Shown: positions 1 through 10,400, counted from the stretch's first letter. The stretch is 30,132 bases of DNA from Kiritimatiellia bacterium (GCA_028701555.1 JAQVQN010000001.1:1-30132), one strand, 5' to 3'. The notes: a model not told the origin generated them from the sequence alone. A program made the numbers and translations.

Positions 1-2
1 CC

Positions 3-467
3 GCGCATTTCGCGACGGTTAAGAACTGCAACTATCTGCCGAACGTGATGATGAAGCGCGAGTCCGTGGACTGGGGCGTTGATTTCGTGGTGGGTTTTGA
101 CGATAACGGCATGATGACCGAGGGCGCGACCGAGAATTTCGGCATAGTCACGGGTGACGGCGAATTGCTTTTTCCGCGCATGGATACCGTGCTGGAGGGA
201 ACGACCATGATGCGTGTCGTGCACTTTGCGCACAATCTGGTTGAAAGCGGCGACTTGGCCAGGGTCGTTTTCCGTGACATCACAGAGGAAGATTTACGCG
301 CTGCCAGCGAGATGCTGGTTGTCGGTACGACCATAAACGTGGCGTCGGCGGTTGAGTACGAGGGCAATCCGGTCGGCAGCGGCAAGCCTGGGCTTGTCGG
401 TAGAACCCTGGACAGTCTTTTAAAGGCGGACATTGTTGGCAACCAGGAGTTGCGTGCGCCTTATTGA
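3..467 (+). CDS. Aminotransferase class IV family protein (branched-chain aminotransferase / ADC lyase-like), 5'-truncated by window edge
   Basis: The frame is open from base 3 (AHFATVKNCNYLPNVMMKRE...), including the PLP-lysine region K-x-x-N-Y. Class IV motifs EGATENFGIV, LEGTTM and EMLVVGTT are present. Stop TGA at 465-467. Confidence 0.8.
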   Translation, partial: AHFATVKNCNYLPNVMMKRESVDWGVDFVVGFDDNGMMTEGATENFGIVTGDGELLFPRMDTVLEGTTMMRVVHFAHNLVESGDLARVVFRDITEEDLRAASEMLVVGTTINVASAVEYEGNPVGSGKPGLVGRTLDSLLKADIVGNQELRAPY

Positions 468-480
468 TGGTGGTAGTGGT

Positions 481-960
481 ATGTCGGTATTTGACGAGGT
501 CATTTCTAATAGTCTTGTGCGGCTGGGTTTGACAGACCCGGACGGCGAGCAGGTTGTCAAGGCATTGATCGACGCGGCGGTCGATGAGGGCTTGTTGCCG
601 AACGAGCACAAGGATGAAGCGGTGCAGGCTGTGCTGAAACGAGAGCACAGTGCCTCCACGGCGCTGCCGGAAGGCATCGCCCTGCCGCACGGACGCACGG
701 AATGTGTCGATGACATCGTCTGCATGATCGGGATACACCCGCAGGGTGTAGCTTTTGGCGCGCCCGACGGCCTGCCAACACGTATCTTCGTGCTGTTGCT
801 GGTGCCGGCCAAGATAGGGTGCCGGCACATACATTTTCTCGCTAACTTGAGTCGCCGTCTGATGGAGCGGACAGTGTGCGATAGCATACTTGAGGCGAAA
901 ACTCGTGAAGCTGTGCTGCAGGCGGTATTGTGCTGCCCTTTTGATGGAGTGTGTGGATGA
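481..960 (+). CDS. PTS sugar transporter subunit IIA (EIIA-Ntr/Fru-type), stand-alone
   Basis: Motif [19 protein letters not shown] carries the phospho-His; also IFVLLLVP and [12 protein letters not shown]. Start placed at ATG 481 because the longer track ORF overlaps the upstream gene. Confidence 0.85.
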   Translation: MSVFDEVISNSLVRLGLTDPDGEQVVKALIDAAVDEGLLPNEHKDEAVQAVLKREHSASTALPEGIALPHGRTECVDDIVCMIGIHPQGVAFGAPDGLPTRIFVLLLVPAKIGCRHIHFLANLSRRLMERTVCDSILEAKTREAVLQAVLCCPFDGVCG

Positions 961-3900
961 GCTTGTTGATTTTGCAGGGTCCTGAAGCTTTTTCTGGATT
1001 TAGGTTGGATGCTCTGAAGGACCGGATCAGCCCTTTATTGCCTGTGGAAGGTAGTGTCGATGTCGAGGCCCTGTTCGTTTATTTTCTGGATTTGAGCCGG
1101 GGGCCCGACAGTAGCGACCTCGAAAAATTCTGTACGCTTCTGGGCGCTGACGGCCGCGCCAAACCGCAAGGCGGTTTCTTCGTGACGCCCCGCAAAGGCA
1201 CGATCTCGCCATGGTCGTCCAAAGCCACGGACATATTCCGCAATTGCGGCCTGAACGATGTCATGCGCGTCGAGCGCGGCATACATTATAAAATCCGGGT
1301 CGAAGGGGCTGAGTTGGAATTGGCGGTTCTGCGGCCGGCATTGGGGGTTTTGCATGACCGCATGACCGAAGGCGTATATCTTGAGGCCGGTGATATTTTC
1401 GCGCATATGCCGCCAGCGCCCGGACGGGTTTTTGATGTGCTAGGCAAAGGGCGCGAGGCACTGGCTGAGGCTAACCGCATGATGGGGCTGGCGCTAAGCG
1501 ACGATGAGATAACCTACCTCTACGAAAATTTCGTAAAAGACGGACGCAATCCGACCGATACCGAGCTGGTGATGTTCGGCCAGGTGAACTCCGAGCATTG
1601 TCGACACAAGATTTTCAATGCCGGATGGGTGGTTGACGGCGAGCGCAAAGAGCTTTCGCTATTCCAAATGATCAAGAACACGCACGCGCTCAACCCGCGT
1701 GGGACGCTGGTGGCCTACAAGGACAACTCGGGCGTGGTGGAGGGTTTTCGCGCGCAGAGGTTCTCGGTTGATCCTGTGACTCAGGTTTACGGTTTCGAAG
1801 AAGATCAGATCGACATGCTGATGAAGGTGGAAACCCATAACCACCCGACGGCCATTTCACCTTTTCCAGGCGCCGCCACAGGTGTGGGAGGCGAGATACG
1901 CGACGAGGCTGCCACTGGCACGGGCTCCAAGAGCAAGGCCGGTCTGTCCGGGTTCATGGTCTCCAACCTGAACTTGCCGGATTTCGCGATGGAGTGGGAG
2001 CGGCGTCTGGCTGGTTTCCCGGCACGCTTGGCGACTCCGCTGGAGATCATGTTGGAGGGGCCGATCGGCGGCGCTGCTTTCGGCAATGAATTCGGACGGC
2101 CCCAGCTGTGCGGTTTTTTCCGCACTTATGAGGACGAGGTGGCGGGCTGCCAACGCGGTTATCACAAGCCGATCATGCTGGCGGGCGGCATGGGCAACAT
2201 CCGGAGAGGCCATGTGCATAAGCGGGAGGTTGCGCCAGGCGCGCTGATAGTGCAGATCGGCGGCCCCGCAATGCGTATCGGCCTCGGCGGTGGTGCGGCT
2301 TCATCGATGGCTACAGGCAGTAACGACGAGGCCTTGGATTTTGATTCGGTGCAGCGCGGCAACGCCGAGATGGAGCGCCGCTGCCAAGAGGTGATCGACG
2401 CTTGCGTGGCAATGGGGGATGCGAATCCGATCCTGAGCATTCACGACATCGGCGCGGGCGGTCTCTCCAACGGCTGTCCAGAGCTGGTGGAAAAGACGGG
2501 GGCCGATTTTGATTTGCGCGCGGTCCACAACGAAGAGCGCTCGATGAGCCCGATGGAAATTTGGTGCTGCGAGGCGCAGGAGCGTTACGTGCTGGCGGTG
2601 AACCCGGAGAACCGCGCCCGATTCGAGGCGATTTGCACGCGCGAGCGTTGCCCCGTGGCCTTCATCGGCGTGGCGCGTGATGACCGGCGTTTGGTGCTGA
2701 AAGACAGCCACTTTCAGAACCGCCCTATCGACATGGACATTGATGTTCTGCTGGGAAAGCCGCCGCGCATGGTGCGTGACGTCAAGCGTGTTGCAGCGAT
2801 GCCGCCGCAGTTGGATTTGTCGGGTATCGAGCCTGCCGAGGCTCTGGAGCGTGTGCTGCGGCTGCCTGCCGTGGCGGACAAGACTTTTTTAGTGACAATC
2901 GCCGACCGCACCGTGACGGGCATGGTGCACCGCGACCAGATGGTCGGCAAGTATCAGTTGCCTGTGGCCGACAACGCAGTGACCATCACCGGCTATTGTT
3001 CTTACAGTGGCGAGGCTATGGCTGTGGGCGAGCGTACGCCAGTGGCATTGATCGACGCGCCTGCCGCCGGACGCATGGCTGTGGCAGAAGCCCTGACCAA
3101 TATCGCGGCGGTGAACATCGGTGCGATCGGCAACGTCAAGCTCTCGGCGAACTGGATGTGCGCGTGCGGAGAAGAGGGCGAGGATGCGGCACTGTTCGAT
3201 ACGGTTCGTTCCGTCGGCATGGATTTTTGTCCGCGGCTTGGGGTGTCGATACCTGTTGGCAAGGATTCGCTCTCAATGCGGACGGTATGGCACGATGTGG
3301 ACGGCAACCCGCGGCGGCAGGTCGCTCCTTTAAGCCTGATTGTCAGCGCTTTCGCGCCGGTACGTGACGTTCGCGGAGGGGTCACCCCGGATCTTAAACC
3401 GGGCAAGAGTTCTTTGCTGCTAGTTGATTTAGGTCAGGGACGTAATCGTCTCGGCGCCAGTGCCTTGGCGCAGGTCTACAATCAGGTCGGCGACACGCCG
3501 CCGGACGCGGACGAGCCGGAGCTGCTGCGCGCGTTTTTCGACGCCGTGCAAGAGCTGGTGGCGTCGGGGCTGCTGCTGGCGTATCATGACCGTTCCGACG
3601 GCGGCGCGGTGGTTACATTGGCTGAGATGGCTATATCCGGCGGGCGCGGCGTGTCAGTAGAACTGCCAGGTAAAGACACGCTGGCTGCTCTATTCAGTGA
3701 AGAAGCCGGGGTAATCATACAGGTCGCTGATGACAAGTTGGAAGCGGTGTTGGAGGTTGTGCGCCGTAATGGTTTGGGCGAGGTATGCGGCGTGATCGGC
3801 AAGCCGACGGACAACAAGGAATTTTCAGTTTTAGTGCAAGGAAAGTCGGTGATAAACACTACGCTGACAAATTTGCGTCGGACGTGGTCGGCTTTGACCT

Positions 3901-4817
3901 GCCGCATGCAGACTTTGCGTGACAACCCGGTGTGTGCACGTCAGGAGTACGACAACGCGCTTGACGAAGACGACCCCGGCATGTCGTTCAAGCTTTCCTA
4001 TGATCCAGAGATCGCGACTGTCCAAGATATGCGGCAGAGGCCGCGGGTGGCGGTTCTGCGCGAGCAGGGGGTCAATGGGCATGTCGAGATGGCTGCGGCA
4101 TTCACGCTTGCCGGTTTTGACGCTGCGGATGTACACATGACCGATCTGCTGGAAGGGCGTGTTGAACTAGACGAAGGTTTCAGCGGTCTGGTCGCCTGCG
4201 GCGGTTTCTCTTATGGCGATGTCTTGGGGGCCGGTTCAGGTTGGGCCCGCAGCATTCTTTACAATGCGCGCATGGCCGAGATGTTCAGGTGTTTCTTCGC
4301 GCGTCCAGAGACATTTACGCTGGGGGTGTGCAACGGTTGCCAGATGGTTTCGCAGTTGAAAGGTATCATACCGGGCGCTGAACACTGGCCGGCTTTCCAG
4401 CGGAACATATCGGAGCAGTTCGAAGCGCGTTACGCCACGCTTGAGGTTATGGATTCGCCATCGGTGCTGCTGCGCGGCATGGCCGGTTCGCGCATACCGG
4501 TAGCGGTGGCGCACGGCGAAGGGTTGGTAGCCTTCGATAAGCCTGAGGACGCAGGGCGTGTGACGAAGGCTTTACGCTTTGTCGACGGATGCGGCGGGGC
4601 TACGGAGCGTTATCCTTGGAACCCAAATGGCTCGGCTGGCGGCCTGACGGGTTTCACTTCGCGGGACGGGCGGGCGACGATTATGATGCCGCATCCGGAG
4701 CGTGGTTTCCGCGCGGTGCAGCTATCGTACCGGCCGGAGGGGCTTTTTACAGGCGAGGCCGGTCCGTGGATGCGGTTCTTTAGGAATGCATATGATTTCG
4801 CGTTGGGGAAGAAGTAG
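957..4817 (+). CDS. purL: Phosphoribosylformylglycinamidine synthase, large single-chain type
   Basis: Motifs [47 protein letters not shown] and SIHDIGAGG, plus the glutaminase domain LGVCNGCQM...MMPHPER. ATG 957 overlaps the EIIA stop (ATGA). Confidence 0.97.
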   Translation: MSLLILQGPEAFSGFRLDALKDRISPLLPVEGSVDVEALFVYFLDLSRGPDSSDLEKFCTLLGADGRAKPQGGFFVTPRKGTISPWSSKATDIFRNCGLNDVMRVERGIHYKIRVEGAELELAVLRPALGVLHDRMTEGVYLEAGDIFAHMPPAPGRVFDVLGKGREALAEANRMMGLALSDDEITYLYENFVKDGRNPTDTELVMFGQVNSEHCRHKIFNAGWVVDGERKELSLFQMIKNTHALNPRGTLVAYKDNSGVVEGFRAQRFSVDPVTQVYGFEEDQIDMLMKVETHNHPTAISPFPGAATGVGGEIRDEAATGTGSKSKAGLSGFMVSNLNLPDFAMEWERRLAGFPARLATPLEIMLEGPIGGAAFGNEFGRPQLCGFFRTYEDEVAGCQRGYHKPIMLAGGMGNIRRGHVHKREVAPGALIVQIGGPAMRIGLGGGAASSMATGSNDEALDFDSVQRGNAEMERRCQEVIDACVAMGDANPILSIHDIGAGGLSNGCPELVEKTGADFDLRAVHNEERSMSPMEIWCCEAQERYVLAVNPENRARFEAICTRERCPVAFIGVARDDRRLVLKDSHFQNRPIDMDIDVLLGKPPRMVRDVKRVAAMPPQLDLSGIEPAEALERVLRLPAVADKTFLVTIADRTVTGMVHRDQMVGKYQLPVADNAVTITGYCSYSGEAMAVGERTPVALIDAPAAGRMAVAEALTNIAAVNIGAIGNVKLSANWMCACGEEGEDAALFDTVRSVGMDFCPRLGVSIPVGKDSLSMRTVWHDVDGNPRRQVAPLSLIVSAFAPVRDVRGGVTPDLKPGKSSLLLVDLGQGRNRLGASALAQVYNQVGDTPPDADEPELLRAFFDAVQELVASGLLLAYHDRSDGGAVVTLAEMAISGGRGVSVELPGKDTLAALFSEEAGVIIQVADDKLEAVLEVVRRNGLGEVCGVIGKPTDNKEFSVLVQGKSVINTTLTNLRRTWSALTCRMQTLRDNPVCARQEYDNALDEDDPGMSFKLSYDPEIATVQDMRQRPRVAVLREQGVNGHVEMAAAFTLAGFDAADVHMTDLLEGRVELDEGFSGLVACGGFSYGDVLGAGSGWARSILYNARMAEMFRCFFARPETFTLGVCNGCQMVSQLKGIIPGAEHWPAFQRNISEQFEARYATLEVMDSPSVLLRGMAGSRIPVAVAHGEGLVAFDKPEDAGRVTKALRFVDGCGGATERYPWNPNGSAGGLTGFTSRDGRATIMMPHPERGFRAVQLSYRPEGLFTGEAGPWMRFFRNAYDFALGKK

Positions 4818-4844
4818 GGAAGAGTTAAGAGGGAAGTGGTGGAG

Positions 4845-6791
4845 ATGGCAAAGAATATTGTTGAGAAGATTTTGGGAGCGCATCTGGTTGAGGGAGAGCT
4901 GAAGCCCGGGGCTGACATAGCTATCCGCATTGACCAGACATTGACGCAGGACGCCACGGGCACGATGGCATACCTTCAATTCGAGAGTATGGGACTTGAG
5001 CGGGTCAAGGCGGATTTGGCGGTGAGTTATGTTGACCACAACACCATTCAGGTTGGGTTCGAGAACGCCGACGACCACGTTTATCTGAAGAGCGTGGCGA
5101 AACGATACGGCATCATCTTCTCGCGTCCCGGCAACGGCATCTGTCACCAGTTACATCTGGAGCGGTTCGGCAAGCCCGGCACCACCCTGCTGGGCAGCGA
5201 CTCACACACGCCTACGGGCGGCGGCATTGGCATGGTGGCGATCGGCGCGGGCGGGATTGACGTGGCGGTGGCGATGGGGGGCGGGGCTTTCAATCTGGTT
5301 TGCCCTCGCGTCACGCTGGTGCGCTTGAGCGGCAGGCTGCCGTCCGGGGTTTCGGCCAAAGACGTGATTCTTAAAGTGCTTTCGATTTACGGCACCAAAG
5401 GCAATGTGGGTCGTGTGCTCGAGTATGGCGGTTCCGGCTTGTCCGGACTGGGAGTGCCGGCGCGTGCGACAATCACCAACATGGGAGCAGAGCTGGGCGT
5501 GACGACATCTGTGTTCCCTAGCGATGAGATTACCCGCGCTTTCCTGCGCGCGCAAGGGCGCGAGGCGGATTGGTGCGGGCTAGCTGCCGATGCGGGGGCA
5601 GAGTATGAGGACGTGTTGGATATCGACTTGGGTGCGCTGGAGCCTATGGCCGCCTGCCCGCATTCGCCGGGCAACATCAAGACCGTGGCTGAACTGGCGG
5701 GCACGAAAGTTCATCAGGTGCTGATCGGATCTTGCACAAATTCATCATACCGCGATCTGAAGACAGTGGCGCTGATGCTGCGCGGTAAGAAGATACACCC
5801 TGATGTCGAGGTGGGAGTGGCGCCAGGTTCGCGCCAGGTGGTCAACATGCTGGCGCAAGAGGGCTTGCTGGGCGAGCTGGTTGCGGCAGGAGTCAGGATA
5901 CTTGAGAACGCATGCGGGTTCTGCATCGGCAACCATATGTCGCCGGGCTCGAACGCGGTCAGCCTGCGCACCAGTAACCGTAATTTCGAAGGGCGGTCAG
6001 GCACCCTGTCGGCTGGAATATATCTGGTCAGTCCAGAAACCGCCGCTGCCGCGGCCTTGACCGGCAAATTCACTGATCCGCGCGGATACGCTTTGGCGGA
6101 AGAGGTAGCCGAGCCGGAGCGCTTTGATGTTGACGACAGCATGTTTCTGTTCGCGGAGACGGCGGGCCAAGGCGTGCCTGGCACAGAGATTGTGCGCGGG
6201 CCTAACATCGGCGAGGCGCCGGCGGGCAAGCCCATGCCGCAGGATCTTGACGGGGTGGCGGTGGTCAAGGTTGGCGACAAGATCACGACAGACCATATCA
6301 TGCCGGCCGGCGCCCGGCTTAAATACCGGTCAAATGTGCCGCAGTACTCTAAGTATGTCTTTGAAAACGTGGACGCTGGTTTTCACGCGGCGGCGGCGGC
6401 CAACCGTGACTCCGGACTGCATAACGTGATCGTGGCCGGCGAGAGTTACGGACAAGGGTCGAGTCGCGAGCATGCTGCAATGTGTCCTATGTATCTTGGG
6501 GTCAAGGCATTGATAGCCAAAAGCATTGAGCGCATACACTTGGCTAATCTGATTAATTTCGGCATAGTCCCGTTCATTTTTGATGCCCCGGCGGATTATG
6601 ACAAAATCGCCAAAGGCGACCGGCTGGTGATCCGTGATTTACGCGGCGCAGTGGGTGGCAGCGGCCATGCCGCAGTTGAGAATTTGACACAGGGAAATAC
6701 TTTCAAGGTCACGGCGTGTCTGACGCCGCGGCAAAAAAAGCTGCTTATAAACGGTGGGCTTTTGTCTGCCGTGGCAGCCGGTCAAGCGTGA
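4845..6791 (+). CDS. Aconitate hydratase (short ~650-aa aconitase family)
   Basis: Motifs DQTLTQDATGT, GSDSHTPT, IGSCTNSS, ACGFCIGN (4Fe-4S cysteines), RTSNRNFEGR, swivel domain ITTDHIMP and YGQGSSREHA. Substrate (citrate vs homolog) cannot be fixed from sequence. Confidence 0.88.
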   Translation: MAKNIVEKILGAHLVEGELKPGADIAIRIDQTLTQDATGTMAYLQFESMGLERVKADLAVSYVDHNTIQVGFENADDHVYLKSVAKRYGIIFSRPGNGICHQLHLERFGKPGTTLLGSDSHTPTGGGIGMVAIGAGGIDVAVAMGGGAFNLVCPRVTLVRLSGRLPSGVSAKDVILKVLSIYGTKGNVGRVLEYGGSGLSGLGVPARATITNMGAELGVTTSVFPSDEITRAFLRAQGREADWCGLAADAGAEYEDVLDIDLGALEPMAACPHSPGNIKTVAELAGTKVHQVLIGSCTNSSYRDLKTVALMLRGKKIHPDVEVGVAPGSRQVVNMLAQEGLLGELVAAGVRILENACGFCIGNHMSPGSNAVSLRTSNRNFEGRSGTLSAGIYLVSPETAAAAALTGKFTDPRGYALAEEVAEPERFDVDDSMFLFAETAGQGVPGTEIVRGPNIGEAPAGKPMPQDLDGVAVVKVGDKITTDHIMPAGARLKYRSNVPQYSKYVFENVDAGFHAAAAANRDSGLHNVIVAGESYGQGSSREHAAMCPMYLGVKALIAKSIERIHLANLINFGIVPFIFDAPADYDKIAKGDRLVIRDLRGAVGGSGHAAVENLTQGNTFKVTACLTPRQKKLLINGGLLSAVAAGQA

Positions 6792-6808
6792 AAATCGGAT
6801 AAATCACA

Positions 6809-6838
6809 TTGACCTTTGGGATAAGCAAAAGGTAACAT
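6809..6838 (+). promoter_or_regulatory. Putative sigma70 promoter of the 608-aa hypothetical gene
   Basis: TTGACC (6809-6814), 18-nt spacer, TAACAT (6833-6838); the ATG follows 9 nt later. Confidence 0.55.
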
Positions 6839-6847
6839 GATCTGACC

Positions 6848-8674
6848 ATGAGCGATAACGAAGAGGCGAAGCCTGCAGAGCAGGACAACGGCGGGATTGT
6901 GCTGGATCTGAATTTTGCCCCTAGTTGGGCGCGTAATTCACCTGAAGCGCACATCAAGCGTTTACAGAACGAACGGTATGACCATGAATACGCGGACAAC
7001 CGGCCGCGGCGTCGCGGGAATGCCGACGGACCTGAGCGCCGTTCGCAAAAGCGTGATTTTAATGACGCGCCTCGTCGCCCTTTTGAACGCAGCAAGCCGC
7101 GCCGGGAAAATGATCGGGTCAAGAGCAGTGAAATGCGGCGTCCTGAGACGCGCGGAGCGTTTGCCGACTTAAAGGTTGAGACTCAGTCTTACGACAACCA
7201 ACGCCGCGGGCAGGGTGATTATCGTCCTGCCAGGCAGGAGGCACCGCAACTGCCGTTGGAGATTCGCGTTTTGCCCGAGCAGAAAGCGCTCGGGTCGGTG
7301 ATCAGGCGCATACAGACTTCGCACAGGGCATTCCCGTTGCGTGACATAGCCTGGCTGTTCTTGGACAATCCGGCCTCGTGCCTAGTTCGCATAGAGCCGA
7401 TCAAAGACCAGCAGTTGGATTTGTTCCAATGCAAGGTATGCGGTATGCCGGCGCTGTCTGAGGAAGAGATCAGAGCGCATCTGCTGAGCCGCCACATGGA
7501 GGATTATTTCGATGTCGAGGAGGTTGATTGCGAGCCGCCGACCGGATCGTTCGTTTGTGTGGCCAAGTGTGGCTTGAGCGGGGCATTGCTGGGGCCGCCC
7601 AATCATCATGGATTCAACGCAAAGGTTAACGAGATGTTGCGGACTCGTTATGCGAACATGAGCGAGGAGGCGTATCGCTCGCGCATTGAGACCGTGCGTG
7701 ATGCCGAGGTGATCGAGCAATGGCGTCAGCAGTGCACCAAGAAGTTTGTCTACCGTCGCAAGGGGGTGTCAGAGGTCGGTGGCGAGCCGCCTGTTGCTTC
7801 AGAGACTGATGTAGAGGGTGCAGAGCCGCAGGAGGCTCCAGAAGAAGCGCCGCGTCCGCCGCCGATGGAACGAGAAATCGCTGAGCTGGTTTTCACGCGC
7901 GAGATTGTGCCGGCGCAGATCGCGAGCGTGCGGCACATGGTCTGCACTGCGGCGGTGGCGATGCAGACGACGAGTCGCCCGTTATATTTTGCGCTGAAAG
8001 ACGTGTTGCAGCGCGAGCGGCGTTTTCCGGCTTCGCTGTTTTTTGCCCTACGTGGCGCTTTCCGCCACCGCAAGCTTCATCTTTTCCGAGTGAATGACGC
8101 GCGCGGGCCTGATTTTGTGATGCTGAAACCGGCGGTGGCTTTGGATCCGGCGCATACGGTTCAGACCTTGCGCGAGATTCTGACCTACGTCAACGAGCAT
8201 CCCGCTTGCACAAAGGCTGAAATGGTGATAGCCCTTGCCAGCGGTGATGAGGCCAAGATCAAAGAGGCGCTGGTACAGTTGGCGTGGCTGGTCGAGAAGG
8301 GCCATGTGATAGAGTATTACAACGAAGTCCTGAGTGTCCCGCTGGAATTCCCGGCCTTTCGTGTGTTGCCTGGCGAGAAGCAGTCGGGTGGCAGGAAGGT
8401 TGAAGCTCCGGCTCATCATGCTAAAAAGCCGAAGGACCAGCCTGAGCAGCCACTGGCCGATTTGCCGGAAAAGTCGCCCGCGACACAAAGCGAGCAGGCT
8501 CAAGCAGAGCAAGCGGTGGCTGGTTCTGGCGAAGTGACGCTTGCGGCCGAGACGGAGCTTGTGGCATCGGACACCGTTGAGGAAGCGCCTGAAAAGAAGG
8601 TTGCGGCTAAAGACGCTGCGGAAGCGGTGTCCTCAGACATTCCGGCGGATCAGGACCCGGCGCCCGTCGACTGA
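6848..8674 (+). CDS. Hypothetical protein with C2H2-type zinc-finger motif, predicted C-terminal winged helix and disordered termini
   Basis: 608-aa ORF with own promoter. Arg-rich N-terminus, CKVC-x12-H-x4-H motif, a helix-helix-helix-beta pattern ending WLVEKGHVIEYY, and an acidic low-complexity tail. Confidence 0.8.
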   Translation: MSDNEEAKPAEQDNGGIVLDLNFAPSWARNSPEAHIKRLQNERYDHEYADNRPRRRGNADGPERRSQKRDFNDAPRRPFERSKPRRENDRVKSSEMRRPETRGAFADLKVETQSYDNQRRGQGDYRPARQEAPQLPLEIRVLPEQKALGSVIRRIQTSHRAFPLRDIAWLFLDNPASCLVRIEPIKDQQLDLFQCKVCGMPALSEEEIRAHLLSRHMEDYFDVEEVDCEPPTGSFVCVAKCGLSGALLGPPNHHGFNAKVNEMLRTRYANMSEEAYRSRIETVRDAEVIEQWRQQCTKKFVYRRKGVSEVGGEPPVASETDVEGAEPQEAPEEAPRPPPMEREIAELVFTREIVPAQIASVRHMVCTAAVAMQTTSRPLYFALKDVLQRERRFPASLFFALRGAFRHRKLHLFRVNDARGPDFVMLKPAVALDPAHTVQTLREILTYVNEHPACTKAEMVIALASGDEAKIKEALVQLAWLVEKGHVIEYYNEVLSVPLEFPAFRVLPGEKQSGGRKVEAPAHHAKKPKDQPEQPLADLPEKSPATQSEQAQAEQAVAGSGEVTLAAETELVASDTVEEAPEKKVAAKDAAEAVSSDIPADQDPAPVD

Positions 8675-9268
8675 GAGGCGCCCTTCTGACAGCAGCCGCA
8701 GGGCCTCGGGGTAAGCCTCGTGCTCTTGTGTCTGAATGCGGGCGTGAAGTGTCTCAGGCGTGTCATCCTCCATCACGGGTACGCTACGTTGTATTATCAC
8801 AGGGCCTGTGTCTGTGCCGGCATCCACGAAATGCACGGTGCAGCCTGCCACCTTGGCGCCGTAATCCAGAGCTTGCCGCCAGGCATGTAGTCCCGGGAAA
8901 GCCGGCAGCAGCGCGGGGTGGATGTTCAGTACCCGCATCGGGAAAGTGTTCAGCAGACAGGGTTTCACGATCCGCATGAAGCCAGCCAGGATGACTGTGT
9001 CGATTTCGAGTTCGCGCAGCATGGCAATGCAGCGCTGCTCGGCCGCGCCGTCAAGTTTGGTTTTGAAGGGCGAGCAGTCCAGCCATGCGTGGCGAATGTT
9101 GTTTTGCCGCGCACGGTCGAGTATGCCCGCGTCCGCCACATCCGAGAGCACGAGCCGAAGCTCGGCATTGAGGCTGCCGGCGTTGATGGCATCCAGCACC
9201 GACTGCATGTTAGAGCCCGAGCCCGAGCCCAAGGCGGCTATCTTTAATTTTTCCGAATATGTGTTCAT
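8633..9268 (-). CDS. purN: Phosphoribosylglycinamide formyltransferase
   Basis: Motifs LGSGSGSN, VILAGFMRI, LNIHPALLPAFPG, GCTVHFVDAGTDTGPVI and EHEAYP. Start placed at ATG 9268 because the track extension runs through a terminator. Confidence 0.96.
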   Translation of the reverse strand: MNTYSEKLKIAALGSGSGSNMQSVLDAINAGSLNAELRLVLSDVADAGILDRARQNNIRHAWLDCSPFKTKLDGAAEQRCIAMLRELEIDTVILAGFMRIVKPCLLNTFPMRVLNIHPALLPAFPGLHAWRQALDYGAKVAGCTVHFVDAGTDTGPVIIQRSVPVMEDDTPETLHARIQTQEHEAYPEALRLLSEGRLSVDGRRVLIRRNV

Positions 9269-9301
9269 GCCGACAAGCTTAGTAAAGCTCGGCTTTTGGG
9301 A

Positions 9302-9340
9302 CAAACAAAAAAAAGTCCGCCAAGCCAAAGCCTGACGGAC
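9302..9340 (-). terminator. Intrinsic terminator downstream of the small lipoprotein gene
   Basis: Minus strand GTCCGTCAGGC-TTTG-GCTTGGCGGAC (11-bp stem, two G-U pairs, 9340-9315) followed by 8 T. Confidence 0.85.
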
Positions 9341-9359
9341 TTCAATTTTCAGAAGACGC

Positions 9360-9563
9360 TTATTTATTAAGAGCGCCGTCGAGCTTCTTCTGGAGGTCGC
9401 CAGCCGCTTTGTCAGCGTCTTTAGCGGCCTTGTCGGCCTGCTTCTGCCCAGATTCCATCAGAGAGTCCAGCTTGCTGCCGGGGGTCTCTTCTTTTTTGCA
9501 TCCGGTGACCGTGAAGGTCGCAGCGGCCAGCATCAACACGATGAACAACGATTTCATGAGCAT
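9360..9563 (-). CDS. Small lipoprotein of unknown function
   Basis: MKSLFIVLMLAAATFTVTG|C lipobox, then a Lys/Asp/Ala-rich helical mature part. Has own promoter and terminator. The true start may be the second ATG (9557), which is better spaced from GGGAG. Confidence 0.85.
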   Translation of the reverse strand: MLMKSLFIVLMLAAATFTVTGCKKEETPGSKLDSLMESGQKQADKAAKDADKAAGDLQKKLDGALNK

Positions 9564-9626
9564 CTCCCGTTTATAAAAGCTTTTAATAAAGCTAAACGCA
9601 CATCAGATTAGACGTGCAACACTTAT

Positions 9627-9656
9627 ATTATAACAAAAGCGTTAAGTTTTTCGCAA
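9627..9656 (-). promoter_or_regulatory. Strong sigma70-like promoter for the lipoprotein gene
   Basis: Minus strand TTGCGA (9656-9651), 18-nt spacer, TATAAT (9632-9627) with an extended -10 TG. Confidence 0.7.
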
Positions 9657-9866
9657 TGCCCCCAGCGTTACAGTTTTGTAATCACAGGAATGCGGAGGCG
9701 ACAGGCATGGGCAGGGAGTAGAGGCAAGCCAGCCGCCCGGGGCTCTGGGCGAAAACAGAGGGGTAACGAGAGTTGAACGATTACGAGCAAGATTATCGAG
9801 AAATTTGGAGGAGTAGGTGTTATATTCGGGCGGGGTTGGCTAATATTTAACAGAGAGAGGTGTGTT

Positions 9867-10400
9867 TTGCTGAGCAGGAAACAAAAAATCCGCGTTGAAG
9901 TGTTTGTCACGCGCCTGACCGAGGCGCAGTTTGACCTGCATTCCTATATCACATATCTGCTTGGCAACATCACTGACGCCTATGATGTGCTGCAAGAAAC
10001 CAATCTGATCCTGTGGCAGAAGGCGAAAACCTATGACGCCGCTAAACCCTTCTTGGCTTGGGCGCGCAGCATTGCCTATTTTCAGGCATTGAAGTTCCGC
10101 AAGTCACGTTCTCGTGAACGTCTTGTGTTCGATAACGACTTGCTTGAGACTGTGGCTGCCCGAGCCGAGGATGAGACGGGGCACCAGCACCTGCTTGACA
10201 AGATGGAGCTGTGCTTTGAGCGGCTGTCGCCAGAGCAACGCGCAGTGATGTTCGCCAAGTATCAGGAGGGTGATTCTCTGGCGGTGATCGCCGAAAAGAT
10301 GGGGTGTTCCGTCGCTTCGGTTGGCATGCTGCTGATGCGCATACGCAGGAAATTGGCCAAGTGCATACGTGAGGCAGTTGCCCGGGAGGCCACCGCATGA
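9867..10400 (+). CDS. ECF RNA polymerase sigma-70 factor (Rhodopirellula/Verrucomicrobium type)
   Basis: Region 2 DAYDVLQETNLILWQK...FLAWARSIAYFQAL; region 4 LSPEQRAVMFAKY...LAVIAEKMGCSVASVGMLLMRIRRKL. TTG start 6 nt after GAGAGAGG. Confidence 0.92.
   Translation: MLSRKQKIRVEVFVTRLTEAQFDLHSYITYLLGNITDAYDVLQETNLILWQKAKTYDAAKPFLAWARSIAYFQALKFRKSRSRERLVFDNDLLETVAARAEDETGHQHLLDKMELCFERLSPEQRAVMFAKYQEGDSLAVIAEKMGCSVASVGMLLMRIRRKLAKCIREAVAREATA

Noticed and set aside
9660-9730. attL-type duplication of the tRNA-Ser 3' end at the left edge of the accessory block
   Set aside because: Only short partial matches (TGCGGAG; GCCAGCCG) that can arise by chance, and no integrase.
9690-9790. Riboswitch (AGAGGC start) or 28-aa leader peptide upstream of the ECF sigma
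   Set aside because: Only one 7-bp hairpin (9734-9751), no conserved aptamer core recognised, and the small ORF has no properly spaced SD.
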